A stretch of 36,651 bases of DNA from Candidatus Moanibacter sp. (GTDB taxonomy: Bacteria > Verrucomicrobiota > Verrucomicrobiia > Opitutales > UBA2987). The notes below the pieces were generated by a model. That model ran no database searches. It saw only the letters and a list, made by a program, of their open reading frames with translations, and was not told where the DNA came from. The DNA is taken from contig CBDCEW010000072.1 of NCBI GenBank assembly GCA_965215885.1, forward strand, positions 1 to 36,651, given 5' to 3'. The first letter of the stretch is position 1. Each line of letters starts with the position of its first letter. Of the stretch, positions 28,402 to 36,651 are shown one piece after another. Position numbers and translations under genes: made by a program.

Positions 28402-29504
28402 ATGAATCATGTGACAATATTTCGGCAGAAGGGTCAATGGGCCGCTACACCCGCAAACTACGGCATCTGGTCGTGGGGCGAAGAAATCGTGGTGGGCTTT
28501 GTGACAGGCGCACTCAATAAGGAAGGAGGGTTCCATGCGCGCGAAAAGAAGCAACGATACGAGACCATGCAGGCACGCAGTCTTGACGGGGGGCGGACAT
28601 GGAAATGCGTAAACACACCCTGCCGCGTGCCCGGCAATTGCGGGGCCTTTTCGGCGGACGAGCATATGGAAGCCGAATTCACAGTGGCCCACTCCTTGAG
28701 GGCCGGTAATGTGAATCAGCCGGCGCCATGTTCGGGTGGAATTGATTTTACGCATCCTGATTTCGCCCTCATGTGCGCGAGAACGGGCCTGGGCAAAGGA
28801 ACGGTATCGTGGTTTTATACTTCAGTTGATCGATGTCGCTCCTGGGATGGACCATTCTCGCTTCCCGATTTTGGCCTTCCCGGCGTGGAAGCGCGCACAG
28901 ACTATCTGGTTTCGGGTTCGGGGGAATGCACCCTTTTTCTGACAGCCGCGAAAGAGAGCGGCGGTGAGGGGGCAGGAGTGTTTTGCGCCCGAACGTCGGA
29001 TGGGGGGAATCGTTCCGATTCATCGAGTGGGTCTGCCAAACGGAGGAGGGTTGGAAGATCATGCCTGCCAGTGTAGGTTTGTCCGAGTCGCGAATTCTAG
29101 TTGCGGTGCGATGTCATGACGGTGCCAGCGAATTGGAAAAAGCGCGCAACTGGATCGATCTCTATGCTTCGAACGATAATGGATCTAGCTGGACTCTGCT
29201 GGGACGGCCGGTCCCCAATACAGGTTACGGAGGGAACCCGCCGACGTTAAAGAGACTCCACGATGGACGCCTGTGCCTGACCTACGGCTATCGCGATATG
29301 CCCTACGGGATACGTGCCCGTGTCAGCGAAGATAGTGGCGCCACTTGGGATGACGAGATCATCTTGCGCGACGATGCCGGGAACCACGATATCGGATATC
29401 CGCGAACCACCCAATTGCCCGATGGAACACTGGTGACGGTCTACTGGCTGAATGATGACCCAGAAGGCGAGCGTTACATCGCGGCGACGCTGTGGAAGCC
29501 GTAG
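28402..29504 (+). CDS. BNR/Asp-box (sialidase-like) protein, frameshifted at the G6 run 29002-29007
   Basis: SLDGGRTW, SVDRCRSW, TSDGG, SNDNGSSW, SEDSGATW, DIGYP; adding one base joins the two ORFs. Confidence 0.8.
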
Positions 29505-29507
29505 GAT

Positions 29508-29572
29508 CGAAAAGCATCCGCTTTCCGCTACACGTCTAGATTCGGCAGATAGCGGAAAGCGGAAGCTTTTCG
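29508..29572. repeat. GTAG-family REP doublet, copy 3 of 3
   Basis: CGAAAAGCATCCGCTTTCCGCTAC ... TAGCGGAAAGCGGAAGCTTTTCG. Confidence 0.85.
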
Positions 29573-29607
29573 CTACCCGCTATATCCGGTTCACCTGGCT
29601 TCTGTGT

Positions 29608-29772
29608 TCACCGGTTTTCAAAATCCTCACTTTTTTCGCGATGGCTTTCATCGATTCGGGTTAAGAGACGCTTGATATCGCGCGCGCCGTAGATTGTCAC
29701 CCAGGCCGCCATGACTGCAAAGATCGCAACACCGACCACGAAAACGGATTTCCATATGAGCACCCAACTCAT
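29608..29772 (-). CDS. Small (54 aa) single-pass membrane protein, absent from the ORF track
   Basis: MSWVLIWKSVFVVGVAIFAVMAAWVTIYGARDIKRLLTRI...; starts 13 nt after the PhyH stop. Confidence 0.65.
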   Translation of the reverse strand: MSWVLIWKSVFVVGVAIFAVMAAWVTIYGARDIKRLLTRIDESHREKSEDFENR

Positions 29773-29785
29773 GGGCGAGCAGCTG

Positions 29786-30622
29786 TTAGATTGTTTTCGT
29801 TACCCTCTTAGCGTCCTTGAACAAAACCTCGCGAACAGCGTCCGTAGCCTTTTCGTGAAACTGAACCGCTTCAGGTTCGAGATCTCTTGATGGACGCGGG
29901 GTGGGGGCAAAGTGTCCGAATCGGTCTTCTCCGCGAACGAGGGCAGCGCTGTCCCACTCCCCGACTACTTGTTTCGTGCGGGTGGGCATGTAATGGAAAG
30001 AAAGGCCGATGCGCCGATCCGCCGAGCGATTCGGCGCCGACGCGTGGGCCAGGCGTCCGTTGTGCAGGGAAGCTTCGCCGGGCTGCAGCGGCATGGCGAC
30101 AGTCTTTGATTCGTCCACTTCCACCGAAATCTCCTGTCCACGGGTCAGCATGTTGTTATCCCTGTACTCGTCTTCATGGGGCATAAGCTCACCCCTGTGG
30201 CTGCCGGGTAGGACGCTCATGCAGCCGCTCTCGTGAGTGGCGGGCGAGAGCGCCAACCAGAAGGTGACCAGCTCATCGGTATCGAGACCCCAATAACGCA
30301 GGTCTTGGTGCCAGGATACGAAACTCTCACTTTGCGCCTCTTTGACCCAGAAGAGGGAATTCCAGCAAAGGATATCGGGTCCGGTTAAGTCTTCGATTGC
30401 ATCGAGGATGGTCGCTTCGCGCATCAGGTCATCGACCCATTTGAAGATAAGGTGGGACTTGTTTCGCTTCGCGCCCCCGATGGGCTCGCCTTGAGAGGCT
30501 TCGAACGATTCGAGATTCCTCCGGCACACGTTGACCTGTGCCTCATCCAATACTCTGAGCGGAAAGAAATACCCATCTTCTCGATATTGTGTAATAGCGT
30601 CTTCACTTAGAACTTTTGGCAT
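29786..30622 (-). CDS. Phytanoyl-CoA dioxygenase family Fe(II)/2-oxoglutarate oxygenase
   Basis: YREDGY, WHQD (HxD), SGCM.VLPGSH, LH...LAHAS.PN.S..RRIG. Confidence 0.9.
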   Translation of the reverse strand: MPKVLSEDAITQYREDGYFFPLRVLDEAQVNVCRRNLESFEASQGEPIGGAKRNKSHLIFKWVDDLMREATILDAIEDLTGPDILCWNSLFWVKEAQSESFVSWHQDLRYWGLDTDELVTFWLALSPATHESGCMSVLPGSHRGELMPHEDEYRDNNMLTRGQEISVEVDESKTVAMPLQPGEASLHNGRLAHASAPNRSADRRIGLSFHYMPTRTKQVVGEWDSAALVRGEDRFGHFAPTPRPSRDLEPEAVQFHEKATDAVREVLFKDAKRVTKTI

Positions 30623-30866
30623 AGCGTGTTTATATCTGGGGTAAAAAGATGAATGCAATCATGGATTCATCCGATGCTGAAGAGTTCAGAGAGTAGTCGC
30701 CATCCTCCCGGGTAGGCCCGAAGGGATTCGTTGATTTTCAATGTCATTTGGTGTAACCCGAATCCTCAAATGACCCCAAGGCAAGCGTGGGGAATGGAAA
30801 ACAACCACGACGGTGAACCGATAAAAGCTGCCCTGCCATATATTTGGGCCCGAGGAGACTAAGGCC

Positions 30867-31391
30867 CTACGTGTCCGGAAAAAAGAGAGAACCGATTACC
30901 ATTACGAAGGAAGTTAGACCAATGGTGGTGAGTCTAACGAGGGAACTGCGCCATTGGATCCCGATCAAATCCTGGACGGGTCCGAGACCGAGGATGGCGC
31001 TTGTTCCCGCCAGCAGAGCAGATAACTGTCATGAGTAGACATAAAAGCCGCGATCATTCCGGCCGACACGATCCCGATCAGTCCTGGCGGAAGGATGCGT
31101 CCGAGATAGATCGGCAGGGCGTAGAGATTGCTGAGCGGCTCCACGCCGACAAAACCCTTCTGTGCGCTGTAGACCACCGTGACGAGGCCCAATTCGGAAC
31201 CAGTCATAGTAGCGACGCCCAGAGCCGTTTCCGAGGGAGCGCCCGGCTGTGACGTAGTCGGACATATTGGCGAATTACTTTCGTGCCAGCAGTCCGATAC
31301 AGACGAAAGCCGCGAGATAGAGACCGACGATTGCCCAATCGAGATTGGAGAAATTGGTCTTTCCGAGAAGCTGGATTGTCTCTTCGTTCAA
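30867..31391 (-). pseudogene. Heavily deleted sodium:solute symporter pseudogene
   Basis: N-terminal LDWAIVGLYL...DYVTAGRSL...SELGLVT, central LPPGLIG...AAFMSTHDSY and C-terminal GSLFFPDT segments joined in 525 bp; internal TAA at 31275-31277; frameshift at ~31229. Confidence 0.85.
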
Positions 31392-32095
31392 TTGGCGCCC
31401 TTATGACGTTCGATAGGCGTTAGGCATCTGTGGGACCTAACCCTTCGACAAGCTCAGGACAGGCTTTTCGGAATTGGTGGAAATTATCCGCTATTTCGGA
31501 GTCAAGAGCCAAATGAACAAATGCTTTCCGTCAACGATTGGTGATATTCAGATAGAAGAAATGTAGCGCACGAGAGTGTGGATTGTTTTGCCTAGCACTT
31601 CAACCACCTTCTTGCGAAGACGGCTACCGAGCTGAACCGACCCCTGTCCAACGTTCGCGCCCGCGAAGTATCTGTTTGGCGTCATGCCTTCGATTGCTGG
31701 TTGCCCCGGTCTTGTGCCCATCGTTCTGAATTTCGGTTGGCACGCAAATTGCGTGGAGTTCTCTGGTTAGAGCATGAAGAAAATGGGGAGCAGAGGGAGG
31801 GCACTGGAGTCGTTGTCAGGAGGCAATCCGATGGGGTTGCGGGTTTAAGGATTGATCCTGGCGATTACAGACTTCGAAGAGTTCCTCAAGGAAGTTTTCT
31901 TTTCGCAGGAGCTTTTTGGGCAATCGACCCACGGCGAGGGTTTTTCTGTTCGCCCGCCAGTGACTGAAGGGGGGTGCTTTCTGTGCAGCCTGGGCAAGCT
32001 TTTGGGGCAGATTATCGATACTGCCTAAAACCAGCTCCACATAGCGGGGATTGTGTAAGTTGGCCAGGAGCATGTATTCTTCGGGGAGCGCTTCA

Positions 32096-33989
32096 CAGGG
32101 TAAAAGGATTCCAGGAAGCAACTAGCTGATAAGCAAGAAGATAAAAAAAGAGCTAAACAAACCCGAGGGAATCAGTCATGTTAAGATGGGATGAAAGACA
32201 AAAAATCTTACCAACTGAATCCTTCGATAGATCGTTTAACTCTGCGTCTGGTCCTGCCCGAAGAGCAGGAGCGATTCAATGATCTATTGAAACAACATCA
32301 TTATTTACACAGTGCGGGCAGCGCAGGAGAGACCCTGCGCTATGTGGCGCAGATCGACGGGCAATGGATGGGCCTGCTCTTGTGGGGGGCCGCATCCTAC
32401 CGGCTGAAGGATCGAGACGAATGGATCGGGTGGGACGGGGCGCAACGGCATGCACGATTGAAACTGGTAGTACAGAACCGGCGTTTTCTGATTTTGCCCT
32501 GGGTGGATCTTGGCAATTTGGCCTCCAAGACGTTGGGTATGTGCCTGAGAGTCTTAGCCGATCACTGGCAGGAGGCTTTTGGCTATCGTCCCTTAGTAGC
32601 GGAAACGTTCGTGGACCCACAGATTCACCGGGGCACTTGCTACGAAGCGAGCGGGTGGACGCCCTTGGGCTTGAGCGCGGGATATGGCCGCCAACGCGAA
32701 GATTTCTATCAACGCCATGAGCGTCCCAAGCAGATCTGGGTCAAACCCCTCAAGGCTAATGCCCTTGAGCTTTTGCGCGCTTCAGGGCCATTGCCCGCGG
32801 CACAGAGCCAGGCGCTCAATGAAACCGATAACTCCCATGCGGTCTGCCTCAAAGTGGAACAGATGAGCAGCCTGTGGGAACGCTTCAATCAGATAGAAGA
32901 CTTCCGTCGTAAAGCGGGCCTTAGATATCGGCTCGCCACGGTCCTGAGCATGATTGTGCTCGGCACGATGTGCGGCAAACAGACCCTCAAGGGCATCGTG
33001 CGCCTGGCCCATCATCTCAATCAAGCCCAATTGCGCGCCTTACGCTCCTGGAAAAACCCCAAAACAGGCCGCTATAAGGCCCCTTGCTATGATGTCTTCT
33101 ATCGGGTCTTGCAAAACGTAAAGGCCGAGCTCTTCGATAAAACCCTCACCGAATTCATCTGCTTACAAGACGGCTGTTTGCCCCGCGATATTGCCGTCGA
33201 CGGCAAGACCCTCAAAGGCACAAACACCGAAGGATCAAAGGCTCTGCACCTGGTGGCCGCAGTCGATCACCAAAGCGCTCAAACCTTAGCCCAAGTCGCT
33301 ACCGCCGATAAATCCAACGAGATCACCGCCGCCCAGACTCTCTTGCGAAAGATGCCCATTTTGGACGGCTCCACCTTCACCTTCGACGCCATGCATAATC
33401 AAAAAGAAACTGCCCACATCGTCGTCGAAGAACTCAGTGCTGACTATGTTATTCAAATTAAAGACAATCAGCCCAACATGCATCAATACGCTCAGAATCT
33501 CTTCAGCTCCACCCCCTTTTTCTCCACCAACCCGTGGACAATGACCATGGGCGACTCGAAATACGTCAAATAGCAACCCATTCTCTAAGCGCTCCCTCTG
33601 CCGGCCTGCCCCATGCCCGCCAGTTCGCCTGTGTGCAACGCACCTTCCATTATCCAAACAAAGCTGAACCTTCCTCTGAACGCTCTTACTACGTAAGCAG
33701 TCTCGATCCCGCCGATTTGAGCCCTCAACAGTTCCTCTCGAAAATTCGCAACCATTGCTCGATCGAAAATAAAAATCATTACCCCAGGGATCGCTTCTTC
33801 GATGAAGATCGATGTATGATCCGTAATCATAACGCAGCCAGAATTCTTGCTGCATGCAGGCAACTGGTTCTCAGCCTCAAGTCTTCCATGGGCGCTGAAT
33901 CCACTCCCGCACTCTGTGATGATTTCGTCTTTAACTTACATAAGGCCATCAATATCATCACCTAATGCTCCGAGAATCAAAATACCGTG
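32096..33989 (+). mobile_element. ISAs1-family IS with 10-bp target duplication, nested in another IS
   Basis: Ends CAGGGTAAAAGGATTC / GAATCAAAATACCGTG; GAGCGCTTCA at 32086-32095 and 33990-33999. Confidence 0.92.
32191..33965 (+). CDS. DUF4338 (DruA-like) domain fused to an ISAs1 transposase; -1 frameshift at ~33512-33521
   Basis: N-terminal HHYL, GETLRY, RDEWIGW, RFLILPW, ETFVD, GTCYEASGW; then DFRRKAG.RY, AVDGKTL, KSNEI, FDAMH, KDNQP; after the shift HGRLE, H.SIEN..HY.RD..FDED. Confidence 0.88.
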
Positions 33990-35554
33990 GAGCGCTTCAA
34001 AGTCGCGCGTCAGATTTTTGCGCCCGTGGGTTTGACGGCGTTTGCGCTTGGAGGTGCGCCAGGTGCCTTCCAGCTCATTGGTCGTGCGTACGCTGTCTGG
34101 ATGGGCCGGTGGGGGAAGCAGCCGCTGCCAGTATTTGTCCAGATGAGTGACCACGGTACGGTAGAGTTTGGCTTTCGAGGGGTTGGTCAGGGAGGCGCCT
34201 TTTTGGCGATATTGGGCACGCAGCAACTGGAGAGCCTCGGTGAGCTCAGCGGCTTGTCCTGCTTGCAACAGATAAGGGTCGCTTAAAGGGCAGGGGCCGC
34301 TGGCGCTGAGCCAAAGGGCATCGCGCAAAGCGCTGAAAATGCAAAAAGCGTTTTCATAGATAGTAGCGGCTTCGATGACGAGGGCATCAGCCAGATACTG
34401 CTTCAACCCGGTCGAAAGATGAAAGAAGCTTCGCAGAACAGAGCAACTGGCAGGAGCGCGGGCAAGCCACTGCTCCAGGGCGGCATGGGCGCGCACGACC
34501 CGCCGATGCCAATAAAGCAGGTAAGGATCGAAGGGAAAGCCCTGGCGGTGACCGTCGCAGGGATAATCCAAAATCCACAATTGCAGGGCCATGAGCAGTT
34601 CCCGTGCAAGGGTGGGATCGAAGGGCACTGCGAGCGCTTTGGCGGTGAGCAAATCGGCCAGGACGAGGGCGTGTTTTTCACGGAGGGCGTCACGGAGCTT
34701 TGCGGTGATGTGTTTGCGTTGCGCGCGCATGCGCTCCATGAGCTTCAATTGCCGCAAGCGCCCGTTGAGCATCTGCTGGGGTTTTCGATAAAGCTGTTCG
34801 CCCACATTGCGGGCGAAATGATAATGGCAGACGCCATGGGGGGCCTGGAAGGTTTCGCTCTCGCAGGCCTTGCTGATCTGAGCGCTTAAATCATGATAGA
34901 CATGGTGGGGTTGGCCAAAAGCCCGGGCCGCCCGGGCAAAACAGCCACTGATCGTTTCGCTCTGTTCGGAAGGCATTTTCCAGCTGCCCAAAAGGATCCC
35001 TTCGTCGGCTTCCTGAACAGCGAAGAAAACCGGCGTCTGCGGTTCCACGGTCCCATCCACCAGCCAGCGCAGGCAAGGGCGAGCGTTCAGGTAATCTTTA
35101 AGCACCGGAGCGGCCGCGGCGTGCAGCCGACCCAGATAAAAAAGAAACTTCTGCTGCATCTCATAGAGGCTGCTTTGAGCAATCTGCAGCTGCCCCGGGC
35201 CCTCGCGCAGTTCCCTGTGCACCTCTTTGAGGGTGGCGCTTTCGCACAAACATCGCTTGCCCACATAGGCAATCAGATCGTAAGCGTAGCGACTATGCGA
35301 GGGCACGATCTGTTCCAGGCGAGCAGAACGGTAGCTGTTGCGGTGGCTCCCTTGCCCCTGCTCGCGCACAACTTCCACCGCCTGGAAGCATCCATAGGAG
35401 AAACTGACCACCTTGCGGCGCAGGGTCTTGCGCACCTCTGAAGGACCCTCTTCGTCCTCCCGGGCATCGAAGCGATAACTCGTTTGCGCAGGCACAGCCC
35501 CCACCGTTTGCAGGGCCCGTTCAGCCTCTGCCCGCAAATCATGTAACAGCTCCG

Positions 35555-36256
35555 CTACCGCGATCGGGCCGGTTTTTTTTTGAGCGAGTAAAACGCCATC
35601 ACCCGCTCAATTTGCTCCCCGCTCAGCTCTACTCCCTGCTCTTGCATAAGCTCGACAAGCTCCTTGACCCCGGCCTCGGGATGGCCGATACAGGCGACCA
35701 GCAAAGCGATCACGACCATCGTTTCGAGCCCTTCGGGAGCTGCCTGCAAAGCGCCCCCGGGGTCCCCTGCCTGAACTTGTGCCGCTGTTCTTCGCCCTTG
35801 CCGCCGCTTTTTCTGTTCGGCCCCGCCCTGTTCCCCGGCCGAGACATACACGCAGTGACGCCCTTCATAGTATCGACTCAACCGCTTCTTTCTACAAAGC
35901 ACGCTTATGGGGTTGTGCACCCGTACCCCAAGGAGGGTCTCCAACTCAGCCACCGTGTAGCCGCAAAGCGAAGCTCCCACCACCGCCTCCACGGTCTCCT
36001 CCAAGGTGCCGTGGCGCGAAAAGCGCCCCTTGCGAAAACGCCACAAACCGGCCCCGTCAAAGCGCGGAATGCCTTTCAAGCTCAGGTAGCCACAATTGGC
36101 ATTGTAACTGGAGTAATGGCCATATTTTTGCAAAGCCCGATAGACCGTTCGCCGCGACACCCTCTGCTCCTTCATCAGCCTCCACACCGTGCTTACCCGA
36201 TCCCGCCGTACCGCTTCGACCACCTCCCTCTCTTTACGCGAAAGCTCTTCTTGCAT
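35555..36256 (-). CDS. OrfA of the outer IS (HTH-containing), ending at an A9 slippery site
   Basis: VSRRTVYRAL HTH-like segment, GYTVAELETLLG; ends LKKKPARSR with an A9 run (35573-35581) linking to OrfB in the -1 frame. Confidence 0.75.
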   Translation of the reverse strand: MQEELSRKEREVVEAVRRDRVSTVWRLMKEQRVSRRTVYRALQKYGHYSSYNANCGYLSLKGIPRFDGAGLWRFRKGRFSRHGTLEETVEAVVGASLCGYTVAELETLLGVRVHNPISVLCRKKRLSRYYEGRHCVYVSAGEQGGAEQKKRRQGRRTAAQVQAGDPGGALQAAPEGLETMVVIALLVACIGHPEAGVKELVELMQEQGVELSGEQIERVMAFYSLKKKPARSR

Positions 36257-36651
36257 GCACCGGCACAGTATGGAAAGGAGGCAAAACTGCAAACTTTACT
36301 TTACATACAATGCCAATACCAACTTTCTCCAGCTCCTTTCGCTTCTACTCAATTGCCACCAGAAATCAACTCCCCGTTCAAAGCGCTTTTGTAACTGATT
36401 AATACTCAACAAGTTTCTAACTGAAAACAAACCTGCAGGAAAAGCTCTCTACCTCTAACGAACACACACACAACAATCGTTGAAACTCCATTCTGGCATA
36501 CTATGTAATCAATAGAATCTTGCAAGTGCCTGAATAACATTTACTTTGGGTTCTCCAACCCAATTTCGTAATTATGGGTCTTGTGCCGGGGTGGCGCACG
36601 GTATTCAACTACAATGCGCGATTGGTACCACACTCCCCTCCGCCCGTTCCT

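Larger units (their letters stand above)
31816..35572 (-). pseudogene. OrfB (catalytic part) of the outer IS transposase, interrupted by ISAs1
   Basis: VDGT, YHDL, CHYHF, RTTNELEG; removing ISAs1 and one TSD copy restores RDFEAL|PEEYMLL in frame. Confidence 0.8.
31433..36581 (-). mobile_element. Large unclassified IS (about 3.2 kb without the nested element)
   Basis: Probable TIRs GACCTAA[23-nt insert]CTTTTCGGAATTGG vs reverse complement GACCCATAATTACGAAATTGG (15/21); TGTG on both flanks (31429-31432, 36582-36585). Confidence 0.65.

Noticed and set aside
29786..30622. Non-heme iron halogenase
   Set aside because: Keeps the HxD carboxylate (HQD); halogenases have Ala or Gly there
32191..32800. 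Druantia defence system
   Set aside because: Only a DUF4338 domain inside an IS; no DruE helicase or other dru genes

Overview
Bacterial accessory region, probably Verrucomicrobiota (inferred from protein styles and repeat types, not proven). It is a decaying catabolic and transport neighbourhood. Genes: an enamidase-like amidohydrolase (3' end), a cytochrome P450, an adenine-deaminase-like enzyme, two related FAD-dependent oxidoreductases (one fused to a BNR/sialidase-like propeller), a Kelch-SSS fusion, a second SSS transporter plus a deleted SSS pseudogene, an epimerase, a sulfatase, an ABC binding protein, a TPR protein, a BNR protein and a PhyH dioxygenase. Five IS elements could be delimited from their ends: IS1380, an IS5/ISNCY-like element, IS4, an ISAs1 carrying a DUF4338 domain, and a large unclassified frameshifted IS in which the ISAs1 is nested. 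A solitary integron attC site is flanked by cassette remnants. Almost every intergenic space is filled with small palindromic or periodic elements (GTAG/GTGG REP doublets, MITEs, an IS200/605-type PATE, CGA-periodic repeats). The best candidates for undescribed biology are the tandem four-helix-bundle gene with alternating 12-bp periodic repeat tracts, the unclassified ~840-aa-transposase IS, the DUF4338-ISAs1 fusion and the SSS gene bracketed by ~100-bp inverted REP modules. Several single-base homopolymer frameshifts may be sequencing errors. No rRNA, tRNA or CRISPR array was seen.
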